The notes under the pieces were generated by a model that worked only from the letters and a program-made list of their open reading frames with translations, was not told the origin of the DNA and ran no database searches. Positions 8,671-19,347 of a DNA stretch of 37,220 nucleotides are shown one piece after another (positions within the stretch are counted from its first letter, which is position 1; each line of letters starts with the position of its first letter). Location of the stretch: sequence record SRR20825006_415; one strand, 5' to 3'. Made by a program: the position numbers and the translations under genes.

Positions 8671-9570
8671 ATGAACATCAAAATTCCAGCAATTGCGACC
8701 GCTGCCGTCTTGCTCGCGGCATGTGGCGGTCCTGGCAACGAGTCGGCTGAGCGCGCGATGATGAACGCCCCCCCGGCCCCATCTCCGATGATGGAGCAGG
8801 ACGTGGCAATGGACGGTTCGTTTTCCAAATCAGGAGGTGGCGGCGGGCCGACCGAGGAGGCCGCGCAACAATATATCGCCTATTCGCACTCACTCGGATT
8901 GCGGCTGCCAGTGAAGTCCATCGAGCCAGTCATGCAGGGCCATGTTGCCGCCTGTAACCAAGCTGGCCCCTCGGTGTGTATCGTCACTAATTCCTGGTTC
9001 AACACCTACTCGGATGATGAAGCCTCCGCATCGCTCCAACTTCGGGCAACGCCAGATTGGATCGAGACATTCCTGGAGGGTGTCGACGCCGACGCCGAGC
9101 AAGCCAATGGCGACGTTACCAATCGCCAGACGACGGCCGAGGACCTTACCGTTTCGATCATCGACACCGATGCCCGCCTGAACGCTCAGCAAACCCTTCA
9201 AAAGCGTTTGGAGGAGTTGCTCGCCAACCGGGACGGCGAACTGGGAGACCTATTGGCCACGGAGCGGGAACTTGCCCGGGTCAACGGTGAGATCGACTCG
9301 CTAAAATCATCGCTCAAGACTTTGATGCTCCGGGTTCAGATGAGCCAATTGAGCGTGAACTACGAGACCAAGCGCAATCCGGTCTCGCAAGGCGCACTCT
9401 CACCGATCGGAAGTGCGTTCGGAGATTTCTTCTATAACCTCGCCAGTGCGCTGGCCGCCGTGATCACCGCCTTTGCGATCGGCCTGCCATGGCTGATCTT
9501 GATCGGAGCCTTCCTCTGGATCTGGCTGAAGCTGATCTGGCCACGCATCCGTCGCAAGAAACCCCAATAA
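8671..9570 (+). CDS. DUF4349-family lipoprotein
   Basis: Lipobox LLAAC; EDLT..IIDTDARL followed by a coiled coil; C-terminal TM helix; SD GGAGGG. Confidence 0.85.
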   Translation: MNIKIPAIATAAVLLAACGGPGNESAERAMMNAPPAPSPMMEQDVAMDGSFSKSGGGGGPTEEAAQQYIAYSHSLGLRLPVKSIEPVMQGHVAACNQAGPSVCIVTNSWFNTYSDDEASASLQLRATPDWIETFLEGVDADAEQANGDVTNRQTTAEDLTVSIIDTDARLNAQQTLQKRLEELLANRDGELGDLLATERELARVNGEIDSLKSSLKTLMLRVQMSQLSVNYETKRNPVSQGALSPIGSAFGDFFYNLASALAAVITAFAIGLPWLILIGAFLWIWLKLIWPRIRRKKPQ

Positions 9571-9572
9571 TG

Positions 9573-9606
9573 TGAATGGCCCCCGGAGCGATCCGGGGGC
9601 CATTCA
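9573..9606. terminator. Hairpin terminator between convergent DUF4349 gene and gltB
   Basis: Perfect 15-bp inverted repeat TGAATGGCCCCCGGA-GCGA-TCCGGGGGCCATTCA. Confidence 0.8.
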
Positions 9607-9609
9607 TCA

Positions 9610-12600
9610 TCAGGCTTTCTCAGCCACTTTTGCCTTCTTGCCCTTGGGCTTGGCATCACCAAGCAACAGGTGGGCTATCTCTTTCGGCACAATCATCAAC
9701 ATCTCGCTGGTGGACGTTTCCCAATTCTCGAGAATGTCTTTCGCGCGAAGGGACTTGGTGCGCTTGAAGTGCTCCTCGATCAGCGCCCTGGCTTCTGCAA
9801 TGTGCTCTGCCTGCATGTCTGAGAGGGGATACCAATCAATCGAATCCGGGTTCGCCACCCGTTCGAACTGGCTTTCCGGATCCCAGATATAGGCTGTACC
9901 GCCGGTCATGCCCGCGCCAAAATTGTCACCGACCGGGCCGAGAATGACAGCCCGCCCGCCTGTCATGTACTCACAGCCATTCGCGCCGCACCCTTCAATC
10001 ACCGTCACAGCGCCGGAGTTACGAACCGCGAAGCGCACGCCCGCCGTACCCGCCGCGAACAACTTGCCCGCGGTTGCGCCGTACAAACACGTATTGCCGA
10101 TGATAGCGTCACCCGCCCGATGACGCTCTTTCGGCCGTGGCGATACGACAATCGAAGCGCCCGACAGGCCTTTACCTACATAATCATTGGCATCGCCGAT
10201 GACTTCCAGCAGAAGACCCTGCACCGAGAACGCACCTAGCGATTGCCCTGCGGACCCTTCCAGCCGGATATGCAGGCGGCCCTCTGGCAGTGCCTGCATG
10301 CCGAACTTGCGCGTGATCGCAGAACTCGACCGTGCACCGATCGCGCGCATCGTGTTACGCACACCATATTCCAACTGCATCTTCTCGCCGCGCTCGAAGA
10401 ACGGCTCGGCATCACGTAGAATCTGGGCGTCTAGGGTATCTGGAACCTCTTCACGACGGTCAGGCTGATAAATGACCGGATTTTCGGTATCGACCTGGAC
10501 TAGCAGCGGGTTCAGGTCGAGATCATCGAGATGTGTCGACCCACGGCTTACCTGAGCGAGCAAGTCCGTGCGCCCGATTGCTTCGTCGAGCGACTTCAGG
10601 CCGAGTGAAGCAAGAATTTCCCGGACGTCCTCGGCTATGAAGCTCATCAGGTTCACGACCTTTTCCGGCGATCCGGTAAAGTGAGCACGTAGCGCCTCGT
10701 CCTGAACACAGACCCCCACAGGGCAGGTGTTCGAGTGGCACTGACGCACCATGATACAGCCCATAGCCACGAGCGAGGCTGTGCCGATTCCGTACTCTTC
10801 TGCACCCAGCATAGCAGCGATCACAATATCGCGGCCCGTACGAAGGCCTCCATCGGTGCGGAGGGTTACCTTGTTGCGCAGATTGTTCAACGACAGGATC
10901 TGGTGCGCTTCGGCAAGACCAAGTTCCCACGGCAGACCCGCATATTTGATGGAAGTCTGTGGGCTCGCGCCCGTTCCTCCCACGCCGCCTGCAATCAGTA
11001 TGACGTCTGCCTTCGCCTTCGCCACGCCAGCGGCAACCGTTCCGACCCCGGACTGGGCAACAAGCTTCACGCAAACCCGTGCCTCCGGATTAATCTGCTT
11101 CAAGTCATAGATCAGCTGGGCAAGATCTTCGATCGAGTAGATGTCATGGTGTGGCGGTGGTGAGATCAGCATCACACCCGGCGTTGCATGGCGCAGCTTG
11201 GCAATGAATTCTGTCACCTTGAAGCCGGGCAACTGACCGCCCTCGCCGGGTTTTGCACCCTGAGCGATCTTGATCTCAATCTCTCGACACTGGTTCAGAT
11301 ACTCCGCAGTCACACCAAAGCGGCCAGAGGCCACCTGCTTGACGGCAGAGTTCATATTGTCGCCATTCGGCAGCGGACGAAACCGGGCGCGATCTTCGCC
11401 GCCTTCGCCCGATACCGATTTTGCACCGATCCGGTTCATGGCCACGTTCAGCGTGCCATGAGCTTCAGGGCTCAACGCGCCGAGCGACATGCCGGGCGTA
11501 ATGAAGCGCTTACGGATCTCATTGATCGACTGAACGACGGATACTGGAACGGGGTCCCCAGCCGGCTTGAAATCGAGCAAGTCACGCAATTGTATCGGAT
11601 CGCGCGAATGCACTGCTTCGACATATTTGCGATAGATAGAATAATCGCCGCGATCACATGCCGCTTGCAATGTGTGGATCAGATTACCGTCAAGCGCATG
11701 TGGTTCTTCGGACGCTCTCAAGCGGTAGAACCCGCCTATCGGCAGAGATACGACATCCTCGTCGAAGGCGGCCTCATGGCGAACAAGCGAGTTTTCTTCG
11801 AGGCCAGCGAGACCAAGGCCAGAAATGCGGCTGTTCATGCCTGGGAAATAATCCGCGACAAGCGCACGCGAGAGGCCCAGCGCTTCGAAATTGTACCCAC
11901 CCCGATAGGAAGAAATTACAGAAATTCCCATCTTTGAGATGATCTTCAACAAGCCGGCTTCGACCGCTTTTTTGAAATTCAACACACACTCATTGAGCGG
12001 CATCTCTCCGAAAAGCCCTCGGGCTTGCCGGTCCGCAATGATGTCTTGCGCCAGGTACGCATTCACGCACGTCGCACCGACACCGATGAGTACGGCAAAA
12101 TAGTGCGTGTCGAGGCATTCGGCCGACCGAACCGTGATGGAACAGAACGTACGCAAACCTTGCGCCACAAGGTGCGAGTGAACCGCACCAGTGGCCAGGA
12201 TCATCGGAATCGCAATCTTGTCCGCAGACTGATACTGATCGGTCAGAATTATGTGCTCGCGGCCTTCGCGTACTGCATCTTCCGCCTCCTGACGGATTCT
12301 ACTCAGCGCGTTCTTGAGCGCAACTCCATCACCTGCCGCATCTGCTTCATTGAATGTACAGTCAATCTCAGCAGTGCCAACACCCAGTCGATCGATCAGG
12401 CGGTCATACATCCCATTGGTCAGGACCGGGCTTTCCAGCACGAATACTTCCTGCTGGGACTTGTCGGTATCGAGAACGTTTCCAAGGTTTTTGAACCGAG
12501 TCTTGAGACTCATTACGCGCTCTTCACGCAACGGGTCGACCGGCGGGTTTGTGACCTGACTGAAATTCTGGCGGAAGAAGTGGCTCATTGGGCGGTACGA

Positions 12601-14151
12601 GAAAGACAAGACGGCCGTCGCAGTGTCGTCGCCCATCGAACCAATGGCCTCCTTGCCACCTTCGGCCATCGGAGAAAGGATCAATTCGAGTGTCTCAAGT
12701 GTATAGCCCGCGGCTGTCTGACGACGCAGCAGATCTTCCTTGTTGAACATGAGAGGCTCAGGCCCCGGGCCGATTTCCGGCTCCAGTTCGGTCACGGCCT
12801 GCAACCACTCTTCATATGGCGCCTTGCCGGCGAGCAGGTCAATTAGCTCGCGATGCTCATAAAACTTTCCGGTCTTCAAATCAGCCGCGATCATGCCGCC
12901 AGCTTGGATCAGGCCGCGCTTGGTGACTTCATGATCGCCCAGCGGGCACATACCCGCCTCAGACCCAACCGCAAGAATACCGTCTGCCGTCAGAGCATAA
13001 CGAAGCGGCCGCAGACCGTTTCGGTCAAGCCCTGCTATGGCCCAGCGGCCATCATAGGCCGCGATTCCGGCCGGTCCGTCCCAAGGCTCCATCACGGAGT
13101 TGCAATAATCGTAGAGCGCCTGGTGAGCAGTCGGCATGACCGAATCCCGCTTCGACCAGGCTTCCGGGATCAACATGGCCTTGGCCATTGGTGCCGAACG
13201 GCCTGACTTGCAAAGAATCTCGAACACAGAATCAAGGGCGCCAGAGTCGGACGTACCATCCGGGATCACCGGCTTCACATCATCAACATGCTCACCAAAG
13301 GCTTCGGATACCATGCGGATTTCGTGGCTCTTCATCCAGTTCTTGTTGCCACGCACCGTATTGATCTCGCCATTGTGCGCGATCATTCGGAAAGGCTGAG
13401 CCAGCGACCATTGCGGGAACGTGTTGGTCGAATACCGCTGGTGATATATTGCGAATGCAGAGACGAAACGCTCGTCCTTCAGGTCCAGATAGAAATTGTC
13501 TATGTCCTGCGCCAGGAACATGCCCTTGTAGATCAGGGATGAATGGCTGAGTGAACATACATAGAAGGATGGAATCGCGGCCTCACGTGCACGACGCTCG
13601 ATCCGCCGGCGGCAGATATAGAGCGCACGTTCAAGCTCTTCCGGGCTGCGCCCTATACCATCGCGGAACATGATCTGCTCAATCGCCGGGCGTGTATCCT
13701 TGGCCTTCTGACCTATCACGGTCACATCGACGGGGGGCTGGCGCCAGCCATAGATGTAGAACCCGAAATGCAGAACCTCGGTTTCAACCAATGTCCGCGC
13801 AGCTTCCTGAGCTGCAAAATCCGTGCGTGGCAGGAATATCTGACCCACACAGATTGGGTCGTCCGTCGGATTGTGGCCTGTGCGAGTGACATGCTCACGG
13901 AAGAAATCCTGTGGCACTTCCACGCGAATACCCGCGCCATCTCCGGTCTTGCCATCCGCATCGACAGCGCCCCGGTGCCAGACATTCTTCAATGCCTCGA
14001 TCCCCATCTCCACGATTTCGCGACGCGGCTTGCCGTCGAGCGCTGCGACAAGGCCAACACCACAAGCATCATGCTCATATTCGGGGTCATAGGCGTGGCC
14101 GTCCATCAGCTTCTGACGGTTGGCCTCATACTGTTTTACATATTCTGACAT
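9610..14151 (-). CDS. gltB: Glutamate synthase large subunit
   Basis: EHDA/CGVG Ntn Cys, HQRYSTNT, HNGEINT, QGAKPGEGGQLPG, CIMVRQCHSNTCPVG 3Fe-4S motif. Confidence 0.99.
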   Translation of the reverse strand: MSEYVKQYEANRQKLMDGHAYDPEYEHDACGVGLVAALDGKPRREIVEMGIEALKNVWHRGAVDADGKTGDGAGIRVEVPQDFFREHVTRTGHNPTDDPICVGQIFLPRTDFAAQEAARTLVETEVLHFGFYIYGWRQPPVDVTVIGQKAKDTRPAIEQIMFRDGIGRSPEELERALYICRRRIERRAREAAIPSFYVCSLSHSSLIYKGMFLAQDIDNFYLDLKDERFVSAFAIYHQRYSTNTFPQWSLAQPFRMIAHNGEINTVRGNKNWMKSHEIRMVSEAFGEHVDDVKPVIPDGTSDSGALDSVFEILCKSGRSAPMAKAMLIPEAWSKRDSVMPTAHQALYDYCNSVMEPWDGPAGIAAYDGRWAIAGLDRNGLRPLRYALTADGILAVGSEAGMCPLGDHEVTKRGLIQAGGMIAADLKTGKFYEHRELIDLLAGKAPYEEWLQAVTELEPEIGPGPEPLMFNKEDLLRRQTAAGYTLETLELILSPMAEGGKEAIGSMGDDTATAVLSFSYRPMSHFFRQNFSQVTNPPVDPLREERVMSLKTRFKNLGNVLDTDKSQQEVFVLESPVLTNGMYDRLIDRLGVGTAEIDCTFNEADAAGDGVALKNALSRIRQEAEDAVREGREHIILTDQYQSADKIAIPMILATGAVHSHLVAQGLRTFCSITVRSAECLDTHYFAVLIGVGATCVNAYLAQDIIADRQARGLFGEMPLNECVLNFKKAVEAGLLKIISKMGISVISSYRGGYNFEALGLSRALVADYFPGMNSRISGLGLAGLEENSLVRHEAAFDEDVVSLPIGGFYRLRASEEPHALDGNLIHTLQAACDRGDYSIYRKYVEAVHSRDPIQLRDLLDFKPAGDPVPVSVVQSINEIRKRFITPGMSLGALSPEAHGTLNVAMNRIGAKSVSGEGGEDRARFRPLPNGDNMNSAVKQVASGRFGVTAEYLNQCREIEIKIAQGAKPGEGGQLPGFKVTEFIAKLRHATPGVMLISPPPHHDIYSIEDLAQLIYDLKQINPEARVCVKLVAQSGVGTVAAGVAKAKADVILIAGGVGGTGASPQTSIKYAGLPWELGLAEAHQILSLNNLRNKVTLRTDGGLRTGRDIVIAAMLGAEEYGIGTASLVAMGCIMVRQCHSNTCPVGVCVQDEALRAHFTGSPEKVVNLMSFIAEDVREILASLGLKSLDEAIGRTDLLAQVSRGSTHLDDLDLNPLLVQVDTENPVIYQPDRREEVPDTLDAQILRDAEPFFERGEKMQLEYGVRNTMRAIGARSSSAITRKFGMQALPEGRLHIRLEGSAGQSLGAFSVQGLLLEVIGDANDYVGKGLSGASIVVSPRPKERHRAGDAIIGNTCLYGATAGKLFAAGTAGVRFAVRNSGAVTVIEGCGANGCEYMTGGRAVILGPVGDNFGAGMTGGTAYIWDPESQFERVANPDSIDWYPLSDMQAEHIAEARALIEEHFKRTKSLRAKDILENWETSTSEMLMIVPKEIAHLLLGDAKPKGKKAKVAEKA

Positions 14152-14155
14152 CTGA

Positions 14156-15601
14156 CTACTCCGCCGCTACTTTAGAAGCGCGCTCTTGTGCTCTCATCGC
14201 CTTGTGCATGGCTTCTGCTGCGTCCCGGCCATCCTTGATGGCCCAGACAACGAGCGAAGCGCCGCGAACGATATCCCCTGCCGCATAAACGCCGGGCAGG
14301 CTGGTTTCCATTGTTGCATAATCGACCCGAACCGCTCCCCAACGGTTTACGGTCAAGGTTTCTTCGCCAAACAATTCCGGCAGGTCTTCCGGGTCAAAGC
14401 CCAGCGCCTTGATGACCATGTCGGCCTTGATGTCGAATGTTTCCCCGGTCTTGACCGGAGACTGACGACCGGAGGCATCGGGCTCGCCCAGTTTCATCCG
14501 GCTCGCGCGAACAGCTTTAAGTTTGCCGGCTTTCGTATCGAGAATGGCATCGGGCGAAGCCAGCCATTCAAAGGTCACACCCTCTTCCTCGGCATTCGTC
14601 ACTTCGCGCTGACTGCCCGGCATATTCGCGCGGTCACGGCGATACACACAAGATACGCTCTTGGCGCCCTGACGGATCGCCGTTCGCACGCAATCCATCG
14701 CAGTGTCGCCGCCACCGATCACAACGACGCGCTTTCCGTCTGCGTTCAAAGTCCCGTCATCATAGGCCGGCACGTCATCGCCAAAATTCTTGCGGTTGGA
14801 AGCGGTCAGGTATTCCAGCGCAGGGAATACGCCTTTGGCCCCGCTGCCCGGACATTTCAGATCCTTTGCTGCGTAGACACCTGTCGCGATGAGGATCGTG
14901 TCGTGCTGATCTCGCAGCGTTGAGAGAGACACCGTCTCGCCGACCCGCGTATTGAACTCAAACCGGATTCCGGAATCTTCCAAGCGTTTGATACGGCGCT
15001 CAACCACATCCTTCTCGAGCTTGAAGCCAGGGATTCCGTAGACCAACAGGCCACCCCCCCGGTCATAAGCATCGTAAACCGTGACTTGATAGCCCTTTCG
15101 GCGGAGCTGTTCAGCGGCAGCAAGGCCCGCAGGGCCCGCGCCAATAATGCCTGCAGATTGGGCGCGTTCACGTGGGGGCGTGATCGGCTTCACCCATCCC
15201 TGATCCCACGCATTGTCAGTGATATACTTTTCAATAGATCCGATCGTGACTGTGCCGTGGCCCGACTGTTCGATGGTGCAGATACCCTCACACAGACGAT
15301 CCTGCGGACAGATGCGGCCGCAAATCTCAGGCATGTTATTGGTCGCCGACGAGACCTGATATGCTTCTTCGAGCCGGTCTTCGGCGGCGAGCTTCAACCA
15401 ATCAGGAATGTTGTTGGAAAGGGGGCAGCCCTGTTGGCAGAATGGGACGCCGCACTGCGAACACCGCGCGGCTTGCTCACCAGCCTTGTCCTTGCTGAAC
15501 TCAGCATAGATTTCGTTGAAATCGTCTTTTCGGTCCGAGGCATCCCGCTTTGACGGCATGCTCCGCTCGACTTTGATGAATTTCAGCATTTTTTCTGCCA
15601 T
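14156..15601 (-). CDS. gltD: Glutamate synthase small subunit
   Basis: CSQCGVPFCQQGCP, GRICPQDRLCEG, GAGPAG, GGGDTAMDC, AGDIVRGASLVV. Confidence 0.98.
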   Translation of the reverse strand: MAEKMLKFIKVERSMPSKRDASDRKDDFNEIYAEFSKDKAGEQAARCSQCGVPFCQQGCPLSNNIPDWLKLAAEDRLEEAYQVSSATNNMPEICGRICPQDRLCEGICTIEQSGHGTVTIGSIEKYITDNAWDQGWVKPITPPRERAQSAGIIGAGPAGLAAAEQLRRKGYQVTVYDAYDRGGGLLVYGIPGFKLEKDVVERRIKRLEDSGIRFEFNTRVGETVSLSTLRDQHDTILIATGVYAAKDLKCPGSGAKGVFPALEYLTASNRKNFGDDVPAYDDGTLNADGKRVVVIGGGDTAMDCVRTAIRQGAKSVSCVYRRDRANMPGSQREVTNAEEEGVTFEWLASPDAILDTKAGKLKAVRASRMKLGEPDASGRQSPVKTGETFDIKADMVIKALGFDPEDLPELFGEETLTVNRWGAVRVDYATMETSLPGVYAAGDIVRGASLVVWAIKDGRDAAEAMHKAMRAQERASKVAAE

Positions 15602-15834
15602 TTCGGCGCTCCCGGTATTAGAAGTGTGGGCTTAGAACTTTCCCTCCAAGCTCGCAAGCGCATTCGATCATTCACAACTCATAATGATATTTATAAACTG
15701 CACTCGGCCGCCCATTTTACCGCCTGTGCGGCTCAATACGGAAAAAAAATATCATATTGATCTTTATACGAGTGGTGGCTTTTTTGGTAAATTCCCATAG
15801 TTGGGAATTGCGTTGAAACTGTAAGGCTCGCCTG

Positions 15835-16686
15835 ATGTCCCTATTACAGCTCGCCATTATCGCCCTGCTGCAGGGCACGACAGAATGGCTTCCCGTGTCC
15901 TCTTCCGGCCATGTACTGCTCGCCGCAGGATTCTTCGAAGCTAGCCCCGGCGACGAGTTATTGATCAATGCCGTGTCAAATCTCGGCACCTTGTTGGCGA
16001 TGCTGATCTATTTCCGAAAGGACGTGACCAGCGCCATTGCAGGAGGATTTGAACTGGTCGCCGCACCAGTATCAAAATCGCCACTGTCAAAAGGGGCTCG
16101 CCTTGCAGCCGCCGTGATTGTTGCAACGCCGGTCGCCGTTCTGGTCGCATTCGCCTACGAAAAATTCCTGCCCGAAAGCATGCTGGAAAGCATGCGCAGC
16201 ATCTATGTCGTCGCCGCCACAACGATCATCTTCGGCGCCCTGCTCTGGTGGGCCGATGTGAAAGGTGCGCGCGATCGCAGGGAAGAAGACATGACGATGT
16301 GGCATGCTTTCCTGATCGGCGCGACCCAGGCGATCGCTGCAATCCTGCCAGGCACCAGCCGTTCCGGCATTACGATGACGGCCGCTCGTGCATTCGGGTA
16401 TGACCGCACCGAGGCAGCGCGATTTTCAATGCTGATCGGCGCCCCAATCCTCGCCGCTGCCGGACTTTACGGAGCGATGGGATTGGTGACAGCCGATGCC
16501 ACCGAAACCGTGCTGACCCTGAAGGATGGACTGATTGTGGCAAGCATCGCCTTCATCACGGGGCTGGCGTCCATCTGGTTCCTGATGTCGCTACTCAGCC
16601 GAATGAGCTTTCTGCCCTTCGTATTGTACCGCTTCGCACTTGGCGCCGTGCTGATACTGGGATCACCACTCGTCGGACTACTCTAG
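15835..16686 (+). CDS. uppP: Undecaprenyl-diphosphate phosphatase
   Basis: LQGTTEWLPVSSSGH and PGTSRSGIT motifs; multi-TM. Confidence 0.96.
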   Translation: MSLLQLAIIALLQGTTEWLPVSSSGHVLLAAGFFEASPGDELLINAVSNLGTLLAMLIYFRKDVTSAIAGGFELVAAPVSKSPLSKGARLAAAVIVATPVAVLVAFAYEKFLPESMLESMRSIYVVAATTIIFGALLWWADVKGARDRREEDMTMWHAFLIGATQAIAAILPGTSRSGITMTAARAFGYDRTEAARFSMLIGAPILAAAGLYGAMGLVTADATETVLTLKDGLIVASIAFITGLASIWFLMSLLSRMSFLPFVLYRFALGAVLILGSPLVGLL

Positions 16687-16688
16687 AC

Positions 16689-17693
16689 TTAGGCCTCGGA
16701 CGCCTTGTGAAACTCGCCATAGTCGCGGAACCGCCAGAGATAGGAAGGCACGATCGCTTCAACCGTTTCCAGCTCCGTGACGCCAAGATCCTTCAGCGTC
16801 AGCGCATCATCGGCGACCACATTGTCGGATTTAAGCATCTCGACCTGGTCTCCTGTGAGGGGCGGATCGCCGAGAAAGCCCCACGAGAATGGCGGAATAT
16901 AGCGCCAGACAGCTGCTGTGAGATAACCTGCGGGCTTTGCGATGAAGAACGGCAACGGAATTTTGAACCGGCGCTTGTCAATCGTCTCGAGGATCACGTC
17001 ATACAGTTCATTGAACGTGTAAATGCGGGGGCCGCCCAATTCGTAAGTCTTGCCTGCCGTGGCCGCATCATCCACCGCCACAGCAATCGCCTCGGCCACA
17101 TCACCGGCATAGACCGGCTGGAAGCGAGTCGATCCACCGCCAATGGCCGGCAACAGGGGCAATACACTCATCAACGGGGACGTTGCCATCGCAGCAAAGC
17201 GGTTGAAGAACTCGTCTTCCGACGCAAACACAATGGATGGACGTAGAATGGTCGCTGTAGAAATGGCGTCGCGAACAGCGGCTTCAGCTTCTGCCTTTGT
17301 GCGTGCATAGTCAGCCGAGGAATCGGCATCAGCGCCGATGGCTGAAACTTGGACAAACCGTGCAATGCCTTTTTCGGCGGCAACTTGCGCCAGCAATCCA
17401 GCCCCTTCGCTCTGAGCCGACTCAAACGTCTGAGCGCCTTTCTCAAACATGATGCCAACAAGATTCACGACAGCGTCGGCGCCATCCAGCGCGCGCTCGA
17501 TCGATTCTCGATTGCGGATATTGGCCTGAATAATATCGACCCAGCCTGGAGGCCCCGCAAGACGAACATCTCCGGCAGTGTTCACGTGCCGACAGGCAAC
17601 GCGCACACGCCAGCCTTTCTTGACGAGTTCACGGGCGGCATACCGTCCAATGAACCCCGACCCGCCGAAAACAGTTACCAAGCCTTTGGTCAT
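16689..17693 (-). CDS. Complex I NDUFA9-subunit-family NAD-dependent epimerase/dehydratase
   Basis: TVFGGSGFIG, VVNLVGI, VSAIGA, YARTK, RPSIVF, FQPVYAGDVA. Confidence 0.92.
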   Translation of the reverse strand: MTKGLVTVFGGSGFIGRYAARELVKKGWRVRVACRHVNTAGDVRLAGPPGWVDIIQANIRNRESIERALDGADAVVNLVGIMFEKGAQTFESAQSEGAGLLAQVAAEKGIARFVQVSAIGADADSSADYARTKAEAEAAVRDAISTATILRPSIVFASEDEFFNRFAAMATSPLMSVLPLLPAIGGGSTRFQPVYAGDVAEAIAVAVDDAATAGKTYELGGPRIYTFNELYDVILETIDKRRFKIPLPFFIAKPAGYLTAAVWRYIPPFSWGFLGDPPLTGDQVEMLKSDNVVADDALTLKDLGVTELETVEAIVPSYLWRFRDYGEFHKASEA

Positions 17694-17852
17694 CTTCAGT
17701 CTCTCTCAAAGCGACCGCAGCCGCGATAATCCGGATGGCGCCTTTGACCATAGAGCCGTTCGCCTGTCTACCAAGGCACGGCGGGCGAAACAGCGCGGCA
17801 TGACAGAATATACAGGTATGCCATCAACCTGTGCAGCGCGGCGTCAGAGCGG

Positions 17853-19346
17853 TCAGGCCTTCACTGCCATTTCAGTCGCCATCCATCCCGCGAACGCATC
17901 CCGCTCCGCCGCGCTCATGTGCAGGCCCAGCTTGGAACGACGCCACAGAATGTCATCTGCGGTTCGGGCAAACTCTACTTCAACAAGGTAGCGCGCCTCA
18001 GTTTCGGTCAGGCTCGCACCAAACATTCGGCCAAGATCGCCGTCCGTTTCGGCTTGCCCCAACAAACGCCGCGCGTCGGTGCCGTAAGCGCGTGCTAGAC
18101 GCTGCAGAAGGTTAGCGCTCAGCTTGGGATAATCTTGCCGCAATCCTTCATAGAAACCGTCGAAATCCGCGCGAGGCATATCTCCGCCGGGAAGGTCAGC
18201 GTCGCGTGTCCACTCACCACCTGCCTCCGGAAAAACCTTATCCAGTGTCTGAAGCGCGTCTTCAGCCAATTCCCGATAGGTCGTTATCTTGCCCCCAAAC
18301 ACTGACAGGACCGGCGCTCCGCCGTCATCATCCAGTTTCAGGACATAGTCGCGCGTCACTTTGGAGGCGTTGGCAGCGTGGTCATCATATAGTGGGCGCA
18401 CACCGGAATAGGTCGCCACCACATCTGCTGGAGTGATGGCCCGCTTGTAATACTCGCTCGCGCCCTTGCAGAGATACTCGATCTCATCAGGCGTAATTTT
18501 CACCTCGTCGCGATTTGCTTCATACGGAACGTCCGTCGTGCCGATCAGTGTGAACGCGCCGCGCTCATAGGGAATCGCGAACATGATTCGGCCATCACCA
18601 TTCTGGAAGAAGTAGGCGTAGTCGCCTTCGTGCCAGCGCGGCACGATGATATGGCTACCCTTTACAAGTCGTAGGTGGGTCTCGTTTTTCTTTCCATGGT
18701 CGACCCCCAGAACATCGTCGACCCAGGCACCTGCCGCATTGACGACCGCCCTGAATGACCGGGTCTCGGATCCTTTCGGACTTTCCAGCACTGCATCCCA
18801 ATGGTCACCACCGCGCACAAGCGACGTACAGCGGGTACGCGTCATGACTTCAGCACCATGCGATTTCGCATCGACGGCGTTCAGCACGACAAGCCGCGAA
18901 TCCTCGACCCAGCAATCAGAATACTCGAAAGCAAGCCGATATTCTTCCTTGAGCGAGTCAAGTCTGGCCGACGATTTGCGCCGAAGCGTTGTGGTTGCAG
19001 GCAACAATTTGCGTCCGCCAAGGTGATCATAGATGAACAGACCAAGTCGGATCAGCCAGGCAGGGCGAAGTTCCTTGTGGTGCGGCAGGACGAACCGCAT
19101 TGGCCAGATTATGTGCGGCGCTGCCTTAAGCAGGATTTCGCGCTCGATCAGGGCCTTGCGCACCAGACCGAAATCATACTGCTCCAGATAACGCAGCCCG
19201 CCATGAATCAACTTCGTGCTGGCTGACGATGTATGCTGGGCAAGGTCATCTTTTTCGCAGAGCACCACATCCAGCCCACGACCAGCAGCGTCGCGCGCGA
19301 TCCCGGTTCCGTTGATCCCACCGCCGATCACCAGGATATCGTGCAT
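17853..19346 (-). CDS. glpD: FAD-dependent glycerol-3-phosphate dehydrogenase
   Basis: IGGGINGTGIARDAAGRG, TSSASTKLIHGGLRYLE, GVRPL, GGKITTYR. Confidence 0.97.
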   Translation of the reverse strand: MHDILVIGGGINGTGIARDAAGRGLDVVLCEKDDLAQHTSSASTKLIHGGLRYLEQYDFGLVRKALIEREILLKAAPHIIWPMRFVLPHHKELRPAWLIRLGLFIYDHLGGRKLLPATTTLRRKSSARLDSLKEEYRLAFEYSDCWVEDSRLVVLNAVDAKSHGAEVMTRTRCTSLVRGGDHWDAVLESPKGSETRSFRAVVNAAGAWVDDVLGVDHGKKNETHLRLVKGSHIIVPRWHEGDYAYFFQNGDGRIMFAIPYERGAFTLIGTTDVPYEANRDEVKITPDEIEYLCKGASEYYKRAITPADVVATYSGVRPLYDDHAANASKVTRDYVLKLDDDGGAPVLSVFGGKITTYRELAEDALQTLDKVFPEAGGEWTRDADLPGGDMPRADFDGFYEGLRQDYPKLSANLLQRLARAYGTDARRLLGQAETDGDLGRMFGASLTETEARYLVEVEFARTADDILWRRSKLGLHMSAAERDAFAGWMATEMAVKA

Positions 19347-19347
19347 G

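Noticed and set aside
14100..14200. gltD preceding gltB as an unusual gene order
   Set aside because: This order is common in alphaproteobacteria
9610..15601. Long plus-strand ORFs antisense to gltB/gltD (e.g. 11188..11937, 12025..12846, 14186..14923)
   Set aside because: Shadow frames expected from high-GC codon bias; no SD, motifs or protein-like composition
17694..17852. Possible tRNA or ncRNA upstream of the NDUFA9-like gene
   Set aside because: No cloverleaf, T-loop GTTC motif or CCA end could be found on either strand
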